A stretch of DNA of 20,000 bases from Toensbergia leucococca. Taxonomy: Eukaryota. The position numbers and the translations under genes were made by a program. Position 1 is the first letter of the stretch; the number at the start of each line of letters is the position of its first letter. The DNA is taken from positions 53,715-73,714 of the forward strand of contig JALDZS010000124.1 of NCBI GenBank assembly GCA_022813965.1, written 5' to 3'. The notes under the pieces are model-generated. The model did not search any database, had not been told where the DNA came from, and saw nothing but the letters and a program-made list of their open reading frames with translations. This document shows positions 1 through 10,275 of this stretch, in pieces.

Positions 1-1
1 C

Positions 2-1007
2 CACACCCATCTCCCCTTCCAAATAGGAGACTATACCGATTTCTTCGTTGGTCGCAACCACGCTCGAAACGCCGGCTCCCTCTTCCGCTCATCTGCCCAA
101 GCCCTCAACGCAAATTACTCCCACCTGCCAGTCGCCTACCACAGCCGCGCCTCCTCAGTTGTCATTTCCGGCACTCCCATTCGCCGCCCCTGGGGCCAAA
201 TGCTCTCTAGTCCTTCCGCTGTGCCTGATATTCCCATCATGGCTCCCACCCGCCGTCTAGACTTGGAGCTCGAAATCGGCGCTTTTGTGTGTCGTTCGAA
301 CACGATGGGAGACCGGGTAAGCATTGAAGAGGCAGAGGAGGCCTTGTTTGGGCTAGTGCTACTGAATGATTGGTCGGCGCGCGATGTGCAAGGGTGGGAG
401 TATGTGCCGCTGGGACCGTTTAACGCGAAGAATTTTGGGACGAGTGTGAGTGCTTGGGTGGTGTTGATGGATGCATTGGAGCCGTTTAGGACGAAAGGCT
501 TAGAAAGTGAGGTAGAGTTGCTACCATATCTGAAAGAAAAAAAGCAGGAAAATGTCTACGATATTCAGCTTGAGGTAGATATTACTAGTACGTTTCCCCT
601 CTCTTCCCATAAAGTTCTCCAATTGGCCCCTATCGACAATGATAACTAATTCCTCCTAAAAAGCCCCCTCCAAAACCACAACAACTATAACACACACGTC
701 TGCCCGCAACCTCCTCTTCTCCTTTCCCCAAATGCTCGCCCACCACACCATCGGCGGCTGCCCACTCCAAGTCGGCGATCTCCTCGGTTCCGGTACCATC
801 AGTGGCACCGAGCCTGGCTCGGAGGGATGTTTACTGGAGCAGAATCGAAATGGCGCTGTTGTGATTAAGTTAAAGAACGGAACGGAGAGAACGTTTTTGG
901 AGGACGGGGATGAGGTCTGTTTGAGGGGGTGGGCTGGGGAAGATGGGGGAAGGGTGGGGTTTGGGGAATGTGTTGGACGGGTTGTGGAGGCGTGGGAGGA
1001 GGGTTAG
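2..1007 (+). CDS. fahA: Fumarylacetoacetase (fumarylacetoacetate hydrolase), 5'-truncated by the window edge; exons <2..587 and 664..1007, intron 588..663
   Basis: Frame 2 is open from base 2: HLPFQIGDYTDFFVGRNHARNAG...HLPVAYHSRASSVVISGTPIRRPWGQ...LDLELEIG...LLNDWSARDVQGWEYVPLGPFNAKNFGTS, all typical FAH motifs. A 76-nt intron (GTACGT donor, ACTAAT branch, AAG acceptor) joins in frame to TPSKTTTTITHTSARNLLFSFPQMLAHHTIGGCPLQVGDLLGSGTISG...FLEDGDEV...RVGFGECVG. Confidence 0.95.
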
Positions 1008-2130
1008 GGATCGTGTGGAGGAGTTGGGTGGTGGATTGTATGTGAGTTTTGAGATTGATGGGTTTATGGCTGTGGGTTTTATCAAGTGGGTTTGAGAGGG
1101 GTGGTGACGTTGCTGGGACTGGCTTTTTGGCCGTTAGCAGGCCGACTGCTGGGACGCGGCAGGAGTCTGACTTTTATTTGCTCATGATGTGGATGACTGA
1201 GAGGTGAATGAAGATTAAGTGAGGAAGATTGGAGATAAAATGGATGTTGTTCGAGGAAGGTTGTCACGAGGTGAGGAAGTGGATCTTTTGAAGATATCGA
1301 ATACCCTCCACGCTATACTTTAACTCGGGACATCCCTGCCTCTTATCCATCACATCTTAGAATTAGCAAACCCCATCTCTACACGCTCTTTTACCCGACT
1401 TCATTGGAGATTCGTTACGCGCTGCTTTGCGTGATACACAATTTGAGATGTGATTAACAAAATTCACGAGGGACTCCTTGGCCGTTTTCTAGAGCAGAGA
1501 TCGCTGGTGCGTAGGCATAGATCTGCTCGGCTGCGAAATCTCTTCGAGGGATTTTTTACTCCGTGGCTTTCATTTATAATGTTCACAGTTCACTTATCTG
1601 AGTTGTATCCCATTGCCCCCTTTTCTATAATCCACTCCACCCTTATTCATTTACTTGCAAGACGCTTTCTTTTTGTGTGTGGTGGATGGGGTTTTGCTGT
1701 ACCCCCGTGGTGGAGGGAGGTCGGCGTTGCATAAGCACTGTATCTTTTGTTGAGCTACCCACGCAGGAAAGTAAGAAAAAGATAAAGGCAAGGGAACGAA
1801 AAAAGTGAAGAAAAAGGGTTTAGGATTGTGGGTCGAGGGGCTGATATTTATGTAATGCATGAGAGATTTCTCTTTTTTTTGGGGCTCGCAAACAGGTTGA
1901 ATCATGACATCACCACCCTTCCCCCCTCTCCAAATCCCTCCTACCATTCACTCTTCGATCATTCACTCCAAACCACCCCTACCACCTTCTATCCTCACCT
2001 CACCTCCCACCATCACCTCCCACCTCACATCCCTCACATCCCACCTCACCTCACATCCCCCACCAACCTCCTCCCCCCCGCCCAAAGCCCCTCCCAACCC
2101 AAAACAAACAACACCAACAACCAAAAAAAA

Positions 2131-2584
2131 ATGCCAGACCCCCACACAGGCGCCTCCCTCTCCTCCATGGCCGAATCCGGCACCACCCTCCCCAACGACG
2201 CGGGCATCCAAAACCTCATCCCCTCCGTGCCCCGCCCGGACCAAATCTCCACTCCCACTTCCTCTTCCGATACCGGTAAGGAGGATTTGGCTGCTGCTGC
2301 TGCGGGGGATGGGGCTGTGGATATGCCTGGGGTAGGTGCCTTCTTTTTGGTTTTGGTTTTGGTTTGGTTTTGGGGGCGGGGGCGTTGATTGATTGATTGA
2401 TTGGTTGGTTGATTGGGGTTGTTGTTGCTGACGGGGGGATTTTCAGGATACGGGAGATCGGGGGGCGACGGGGGAGGTGGTGACGGGGTTGGGGGATCAG
2501 TTGCCGGCTGGGGTTGAGGAGAAGAGGCTTGGTGGGAGTGGGGGGAAGGGGGTTGGGGGTGGGAAGGTTGTTGGGGGGAAGTGA
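2131..2584 (+). CDS. Small (~112 aa) hypothetical protein, likely disordered, with Gly/Lys-rich C-terminus; exons 2131..2331 and 2447..2584
   Basis: ATG follows an A-rich leader (CCAAAAAAAAATG). Exon 1 is MPDPHTGASLSSMAESGTTLPNDAG...DGAVDMPG. Intron 2332..2446 has a GTAGGT donor, GCTGAC branch and TTTCAG acceptor. The phase-0 join gives DTGDRGATGEVVTGLGDQLPAGVEEKRLGG...GGK*. Confidence 0.8.
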
Positions 2585-2726
2585 GGGAGTTTTGGGGGAT
2601 TGAGGGAGTGGGGGAGTTTTGGGTGTGGCTGAAGGCGGGGTTTGATATTGTGCTGAAAGTGAGATATGAGGTTTGGGAAAAGGTACTGGTGTTTTGTGTG
2701 CAAGTTCTTCCATTGTTGTAGCGGAG

Positions 2727-3903
2727 CTATTCTTTCAATTGCCCGGAGCTACCGTGTACCTGGCCCCATTTTCTGACTTTGCCATCCATATCCCGTCTTA
2801 CAAATAATACCACCACCGCCATAATCCAACTCATCAGCGTATCGACAACACCCCATCCATTCCTCTTACTCGTCGCCAACGCACTAGCCTTCAATGCCAT
2901 CCCCAGTAGTGTTGTAGTAATCATCTCATCTCCTCTTTCCAATCCCTTTATACTCGACTCCGCGACCTCGTCTGGTTGTTGGCCCCCATCATCTTCTTCC
3001 ATCTTTTTGGTGATGGCGGGTTTTATCTTTTGTTCTGCTTCTAGTGAGGCGGTGAAGATGGTCCCTGGGAAGACGGTGTGGATTTTCACTTCTGGGGATT
3101 GCGTGTAGAGTTGCAGTTCTTGAGAGAGTGTGTCGGAGAGGGAGCGGAGGGCGTGTTTGCCCGGGGAATAGGGTCCGTAGCCGATTACGGGATAAAAGGC
3201 TACAAGGGATGAGGTGAAGATGAGATGGCGAGCTGGAAGCTGTTCGGGTGAGGATGTTGATGGAGAGGTTTTGGTGGGTTTGATTGTAGAGGGACGGAGC
3301 CAGGATTGGAGGGCGGCGTGGGCAATGTAGGCGGTGGAGAAGTAGTTGTGGTCCATTTGCTCTCTCAGCATTTCAATTGGAGTGTCGATGAACAAAGTTG
3401 GGTGACAGGAGCCAGCGCAGCACCAGACAATGTCTGGGGGCTGGTTGTTATTCCATGCGGTTGCTTCTGAGATTATTCGGGCTCCTTCAGCGGGATTCAT
3501 GAGGTCGGCGCTGATATAGTGGAAGCGCTGGGAATGGGGACGGATTGCTGCTGCCTCCAGATGGGCTTAGTTCAAAGTCAATGGCCAATTGGAGGGGACC
3601 TACGGAAATGTCTTCGAGAGCATCTTTGAGTGTCTGGACGGTGCGCGCTACGATCAAGACGTTGGCTCCCTTTTGTGCAAGAATTCGAGCAGCACTTCTC
3701 CCCGTACCCTGGGAGCCACCGGTGATGACAATTGTCTGGGCTCCTTGTTAGCTGAGCTGGTAATGTCGGATTTCGAGAGGGCTATGTACTCGGCCATCCA
3801 CGGGGAAGTGATTTTTGCCTCTGAAAACTCCCATCATATCTGCGGCCAAGAGCAAGACAAAGAGGCCGAGGAAGGCAGATGTCAAGAGGAAGCCCAAGGC
3901 CAT
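2727..3903 (-). CDS. TSC10: 3-ketodihydrosphingosine reductase (SDR family), ~357 aa; exons 3903..3790, 3735..3604, 3554..2727
   Basis: Spliced product: [69 protein letters not shown]...|...[10 protein letters not shown]...[10 protein letters not shown]...FTSS...[19 protein letters not shown]...FPGTI. It has the TGxxxGxG and YxxxK motifs and a C-terminal hydrophobic segment. Intron 1 is GTACAT..GCTAAC..CAG (54 nt). Intron 2 is GTAGGT..GAG (49 nt, atypical acceptor). Confidence 0.92.
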
Positions 3904-4078
3904 TAGTCTGAGAGTAAGGAGATCATGCGCGGCGTTGCGATCCTTTGTTGTTGTTTTGTTGACATCCTCATCCAGAGGCGGTGTGCGGCGACGCTAGTGG
4001 TATCGATACACCATCTGAGAAATATCTTTTGAAATTGTTGCAAAAGATTTCCTCCACTCCAGAACCTTAACCACGAAC
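3904..4078. promoter_or_regulatory. Putative compact bidirectional promoter between TSC10 and SAS10
   Basis: Only 175 bp separate the divergent start codons at 3903 (-) and 4079 (+). Inferred from geometry; no specific binding site identified. Confidence 0.6.
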
Positions 4079-6146
4079 ATGGGAAAGAAACGGAAGGCTG
4101 GTGGTCAGCCATTTGGTGAGGTCAGGAAGAACGAGTCTGAGCAGGAAGATGCCAAGTTGAAATTCAGAACGTGGGAGGATGTTGCGGATTCGGAAGATGA
4201 ATTTCATATTAATCGGGACAAGATATTGTTAGACGAAGGACCTGCGCAGAAGAGGCGGAGAAAATTAGAAGAGGAAGGTATGCAACGTATCTCAGCTGTC
4301 GAAGCGACTCAGGGGCAGGTCACTGATATTGATCAAAGAGAGGTTACTCGAATTTTCCGATGAAGAGGTCCTAGCGGATGCCCAATCCGCGTCAGAGTCA
4401 GAATCCGACGAGGAACAGTCCGAATACTCCGATGCGCAACCCAAGTCAAAAAAGCCCAGAGCTCCTTTCAAAGACACAGATTCCGAGGGATCAGTGGTTC
4501 CTGACGATGACGATGACAAGGGTGATTGGGGAACTTCTAGACAAGACTATTACAATGCCGACGTTATCGAGACGGAAGCGGATGCTTTGGAAGAGGAGGC
4601 AGAGGCGAGAAGGTTACAGAAAAAGCAGCTTGAGGGCCTAACTGACGCAGACTTTGGCTTTAACGAGGTAGATTGGCTAGAAGCAGGAAAGACCCACGGA
4701 GAGGATGAGGGTGATAGGGGCCATGATGGAATTGTCCGGGAGACTCTACCTGCACTCGAAATCACAGATGACTTGGGCCCGGAAGAGAGATTGAAAATCT
4801 TAAATGCAAGATATCCAGAGTTTGAACCTTTGGCCAAAGAGTTCATCGAACTTCAATCTGTGCATACAGATTTGTCCCTCGCCGCTGCAGCTGCTGTGGC
4901 AGTGCAATCGCACACTATAAATACTGAGGATTCACCGATTAAAGGCAACTCTGAGAGCAACAAACCTCCAGTTGCAAGTATCAAGCATAGCGCATTGGCA
5001 ACATACCTGGCTGCGTTGAGTATGTACTTTGCTCTGCTTACTTCAAGTGTGGAAGCCACAGATGGCAAACGTGTGGCAATGTCGGCAGCAGAGCTAAGAG
5101 AACATTCGATTATGCAGACTTTGATGCAGTGTCGGATGCTTTGGGAGAAGGTAAAGGATCTCCCAGTATCGGAACTCACTACAAGCTCCCATGGCGATCT
5201 ACCAAAGCAGGGTGTTCTGGAGCGCGAACAGCTATCATTGGTTGATGCAGCTGACGAGGATGTAGAGGCATTGAATGAGACTATAACCAAACGCAAAAGA
5301 TCCCGAAAGAGCAAAGCGCAACGGGCAGCTGAAGCAGCACAAATTGAAGCCGACGCCCGACGTGCAGACAGAATAAACAAGACTGAACAGGACCTTGCTA
5401 GCCTCTCCGCTTTGACAGCTCCTACGAAGCGATCAGTCAAAGCGGTCGAGACGACTGTACAAATGAATGGAGACGATGAATCTGACTTTGGAGAACAAAC
5501 TGCCTTGACGGCCTACGAAGCTTCTGAGAAAGCCAAGAAAAAGAAGACTTTAAGATTCTACACTTCTCAAATTGCACAAAAGGCCAACAAACGGGATGCG
5601 GCTGGTCGTGATGCAGGTGGAGATGCAGACTTGCCCTACCGCGAGCGATTACGAGATCGGCAGGCTAGACTCAATGCTGAAGCCGAGAATAGAGGCAAAA
5701 AGGCCAAGGACACGAAACGTGACGCACTAGGAGACGAAAGCGATGAAGAAGATCGGAAAGCAGTAAAAGAGCTAAAAGAAGGTAGCGAGAATGAATATTA
5801 TGACATGGTAGTTGCTCAATCGCAGAAGAAGAAAGCAGACCGAAAAGCCTTAGCGGACGCTCGACTACAAGCTGCAAAGGAAGGGGGTGTCATTCGCGTG
5901 GTCGAGGAAAGAGGTAGTGACGGTAAGCGGGCAATTACATACGCTATTGAGAAGAACAAGGGGTTGGCGCCAAAGCGAAAGAAGGATGTAAGAAATCCTC
6001 GAGTCAAGAAGAGGAAGAAGTATGAGGAAAAGAAGAAGAAGCTGGGGAGTATCAGGCAAATCTACAAGGGAGGGGAAGGGAGAGGTGGATACGGTGGGGA
6101 ATTGACGGGTATCAAGAAGGATTTGGTGAAGAGTGTGAAGCTCTAG
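4079..6146 (+). CDS. SAS10: SSU processome subunit Sas10/Utp3, ~668 aa; exons 4079..4277 and 4339..6146
   Basis: Starts MGKKRKA...WEDVADSEDEFH...RDKILLDEG, with an acidic N-terminal region, WGTSRQDYYNAD and YPEFEPLAKEF. The Sas10 C-terminal domain is GKRAITYAIEKNKGLAPKRKKDVRNPRVKKRKKYEEKKKKLGS...YGGELTGIKKDLVKSVKL. Intron 4278..4338 (GTATGC, ACTGAT, AAG; phase 1) joins the two ORFs in frame. Confidence 0.95.
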
Positions 6147-7456
6147 ACTTTGAAGTGACGAAAGGTAGATTGATTGGTCTATTCTGCGTCTTGGATCACA
6201 TATTACCACATCTGGGGACACGAGGTCTCTGGCCTAGGACTGCTGAATCCCTAAAGCGGCCGCATTGTTGCAACTATGACCTAGGTATCCACATTCTTCA
6301 ACACTACGGAGGGGTCCAAAGATAACACGGGTGTTTCTGTTCACTACTGAAGAACACCTGTTTCATTTGTACGCCTGTCTCTGACTCCGGGAGACAAATG
6401 GCTACAAGCACTTTGAAAACCTCCGAGTTTTCTTTAATATAATCAATGCTCCCAAATGCGCTTTATCAATCTTAGCCATCAAAGACTGCTAATACAAAAG
6501 GATAGTTGAGCTCATTGTCTAAGAGCTGAGAAAAATGTCCAAGTCTTCCAAGGTTCATTCCAATTGCTATCGACTGGGGCGCTAATCCCCAAAGGCGCTA
6601 GCTTGATTGAGGAATACCTTGAAGACAACGTCCGTTTTCAATCCCAACAAAGATAGTTCAGTTCCACTATCCAAAGTCTTTGTTGCTCTCACAAATGACA
6701 TATTTTCGAATCTGATGGTAATGTCCTAAAAATCCTACATGGCCGTTTTCGCTACTTTGTTCTTGTCGTTATGCTGGTCTCGTCCAAGGCAATTTCAATC
6801 ATGATTCACTTTGCTATTACTAAGGTATATATACCTTGGAAACTACAAAGAGACTATCTCGAGCAAGTGCTGCTCTCATGGGTATCTATTCCTAGCTCCA
6901 TTACTATGTCATTATGTTTATCATTTGAATCGTTTCCACATTGATGCTTCGAATTGTCTTATGTGTCTACCTCGTCATGTTTCATGTTCCGTTAACCAGT
7001 ACTCTGACCGAGCTTACTGAGGAAAAATGGCTGCTTTCAGTCCAATACAAAGGCTTCACAGATGGAGGCCGCATTGAGATCATGAATCGATTCATTAGGG
7101 ACAAGTATTCACCGAATCCAGTACTGGATGAATAGAAATTGTCAGGTGCGCAATAATGAATATATATCATACTAAATCCTGTCAAAGGAAACCTCTACGA
7201 AAAGCTCAAGCACGACCATGAGTACAAAGGGTCCTGTCCATGCCGCATCCGTCTTCGGCAAGCCTGATGGGATGGCATTCGAGCACGCATACAGCATAAA
7301 TGGTCCAAGACATCCTTCATTCCATACTATACGCCAGTATATTGCGTACTAGGACCACCATCGACCGCAGCCCATATTCATTCGAGAATCAAGAGTTCCA
7401 GATCATCGGGAGAAGGGAGAGAAGGACCTGCAGTACATTCGTGGACGCAAAGAATA

Positions 7457-8866
7457 ATGTCAACGTCACCGGAAAGCTCGGATCAAGGCCATCCTCGCCA
7501 ACATTCTGTCGTTGGTGGTTGCCCATTTGGGCATGATCAAACAAACCTTGATTGCCAATGTAAATGCGATAGATGCCTACCAAGCACTCGAAAAAGGCCA
7601 GCAAGAATAACCCGTGAGATTCATGATGGTATTCACGGCATATTCCCACCAAGCAATTTCCCAGCTCCGCAAAGAGAGCGTGAGCGGGATCGAAGGAACT
7701 TCAACTTTGATAGTCTTCATGCATTGCAACAAGCCAGGCGCCCGTTCCGCGGTACCGATGGACATCCATTGACGACTTTGTTAAGTGGTTCACCAAATAA
7801 TGTACGTACGTTATTTGTTCCGGAGTTAAAGGTCGAGTCACCCTCACCTGAGGACACGGACCGCGAAACATATGACAAATTTCCAAGAGATAAGGAGGCG
7901 ATGTTACAGAGGTGAGTGTCTAGCTGATCTTTGAGAATATGAATCCATCATTCTAAGCACTTTCTCAGGCCATGCACGGAGATGATACCCTGGTTAACAC
8001 CAGTCCAACAATGGACAGATGCGTGTGAGGATGATCCAGATAATGACTACACTGAACGAACTTGGCCGTGTAATGAATGGGACTGCAGACTTCCCGTTGA
8101 TAGGGTTATTCCCCGTCGTACTACTCGTAAGCCGCCTAGAGAGTGCGGCGAGGATGAAGTCCATGGCGAATGGGACTCTGAAGATGAAGATGAAGAAGCT
8201 CCGGAAAGCTACCTCGAAGATGATCCGCCTGGTGACCCGGGGACAGATGACCGTCGCAGATATGTGTGCGAACAGCATTGGGAGGACTCTAGAGAATTCT
8301 GGCAGGAAGAAAATCTTTTCAATGCCCATTTGGTGGGTAGCTGTAAAAGGTGTGAGACAGAACTTTCAAGAGAGAATCCACAAGGCCTGAATACCTGCAC
8401 CTGCGCCAACCTCTTGACTCGACGTTGGCAATGCCGCCGCTGCTACTCCAGACACATTCGCGATATCCAGCGGTCCTTTCATTTTCGAGTTAATCCCCGT
8501 TACATTGGGGGTGCAGATACCGAAATGGTCAAAGGTCGAAAGTATCACATGGACGTTCCCGATCTCGATCCCGAAGTTGAAAGCCCTATTTCGTGGAAAC
8601 AAATCAGAAAAATGTTGCGAAAACAGCACCCGTGTAGCAACCAATGCGGCAGAAAACGTATCAATCAGTTCAAGGTCATGCACTGCACAGCATGTGGAGG
8701 GGTAGTGGTGCAGCCAAGACCGCCCCCGACAGTGGCAGCGACACGATCCAGGAGGAGAACGCAAGGAGCTCAGCTAATGGAGCTTGATTCCCGAGGGAGA
8801 GCCCAGCCGCAAAGTCAAGGGGGAGCCCAAGCACAAGGACGAAGGGGAGCTAGATTGCGGAGATAG
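7457..8866 (+). CDS. Uncharacterised Cys/His-rich protein, ~450 aa, possibly multi-zinc-binding; exons 7457..7911 and 7969..8866
   Basis: ORFs of 152 and 294 aa join in frame across a canonical 57-nt intron 7912..7968 (GTGAGT...TTTCTCAG), giving MLQR-PCTEMIPW. It has many Cys clusters (CQCKCDRC, CKRC, CTC, CRRC, CSNQC, CTACGG), an acidic patch and an Arg-rich tail. Confidence 0.82.
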
Positions 8867-9477
8867 AGCCATGGACTGTCAAGGGCGGAAAGTCGAATGT
8901 GAAAGAAGATCGACAGAGTTCAGTGATACTGGACGTCGACGAGAAGGCTAAAGGAATTCAAGTCGATGATGAGTCTTTGTTTGTTATTTTGATTTGATTT
9001 TCTTTCTATCAATTTTGTTTTGAGTGTTCGAACTGCGTACAGTATCTGATTATCCCAAAAAAACACGAACACTTGACCAGAGCGATTGTATTTCTTAGAA
9101 AACATGGGCGATTTTATTTTTATTACTTAGACGACAGATTTTCTGGATTTTCTAACATTTGCAACTTTCATGTTTAACCCGTAAACAAAAAATACCGTCC
9201 ACCATGACTTGACTTTCAATAGGATTTAATACTAGCCCTCTTTAGCTTCTGTATCTCTACACATACCACAGACTAAGCAATGCATAAGTTCTAGATCACT
9301 TGCACTTGCTCTATCCGTCCATCCGAGCTTTTCTACTGCCCTTAAATACCAGCTGGCCCCACTCCTTTGAATCTCTACCCCCCTGAAACTGAACCAAGAA
9401 TTGCAGATCTGACCATCATATCACTCAAGAATTTACCATATATCTCATCATTCACTAAAAATAGAATGAAACAGTGA

Positions 9478-9900
9478 GATGGGTCGAGTACTTGAGGCTT
9501 TGTGAAGCTCCTCGTCGCTGCTTCTTTTTGCTGTCGTTTTGTTGTGGACGCTGTTGGCGAACTAGCCACCATTCTTCTTTTCCTCTTCCCTCCTTTTCAA
9601 TATCCCAGCCTCCCTCATCTCCCTCACCTCCATCACCTCCCTCACCTCCTTCACCTCCCTCACCTCCCTCACCTCCATTGCAAGAAACGCCCCCTCCAAA
9701 CTCTCAAGGGATCAAGAGATAATAAGAATGAGATGGGTTGAGTGCTTGATGCTTTGTGAAGCTCCTTGTCTCTCCTTTTTGTTGCGACCGTTTTGTTGTG
9801 AATGTTTTGTTGCGACCGCTGTTATCAACCTAGTCACTCTTCATCTTCTTCTTCTTCTTCAATCTATCTTCCCTCCTTCCCTTCTTTCCCCTTTGCACAA
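9478..9900. repeat. Two diverged tandem copies of a ~130-170 bp block A (9478..~9600 and 9732..~9900); third copy at ~11003..11120
   Basis: Shared sequence GATGGGTYGAGTRCTTGAKGCTTTGTGAAGCTCCT...GTTTTGTTGTG...CGCTGTT..C.A.CTAGYCAC..T followed by a pyrimidine tract. The third copy has TGAAACTCCT...CGTTTTGTTGTAAACGCCGTTGTCGAACCAGCCACTCT. Confidence 0.85.
9609..9676. repeat. 9-bp minisatellite (CCTCCCTCA)x~7
   Basis: Directly visible: cctccctca tctccctca cctccatca cctccctca cctccttca cctccctca cctccctca. Confidence 0.92.
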
Positions 9901-10228
9901 GAACGCCACGATACCAACATCCTTCCTCGCGCGACTCGTGCACAAATCCTCTCATATAAACTCAAGAGGTCCGCTAAAAGCGAGTGAGCGGAGAAGAATA
10001 TTCATCAGAAGCGAGTGTGGCTGTCTTGAAGTTGTAGATATACATCTGTTGTTATTGGTGAAAATGTGTGTTGGCTCAAAGTCATAGAATCAAGATACCT
10101 GGCCCAGGCCCAAGCACTCGAGCCGCCTTAGGCCTCTGGGTATTTTGAGTTCAGGTCGCATGGCTCGGTCGTTTTTCTCTTGCGGGGATTTGTTGCAGGT
10201 TGAATGGATGCTTCTGGAGAGACTGAGA

Positions 10229-10254
10229 TTTTTTTTTTTTTTTTTTTTTTTTTT
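10229..10254. repeat. Poly-T tract of 26 nt (poly-A on the minus strand)
   Basis: Uninterrupted T run. Confidence 0.95.
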
Positions 10255-10275
10255 GGATTCGTGTCGTTTTTCGGG

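Noticed and set aside
1828..2388. 186-aa ORF and the overlapping Pro/Thr/Gly-rich ORFs on both strands
   Set aside because: These arise from low-complexity C-rich and G-rich sequence. The spliced model starting at 2131 has better start and splice signals.
4550..6221. Minus-strand ORFs (98, 195, 118 aa and others)
   Set aside because: Antisense shadows of the SAS10 coding sequence.
9474..9741. ORFs with (SPP)n or (HLP)n repeats
   Set aside because: Translations of the 9-bp minisatellite inside a duplicated block, with no other coding support.
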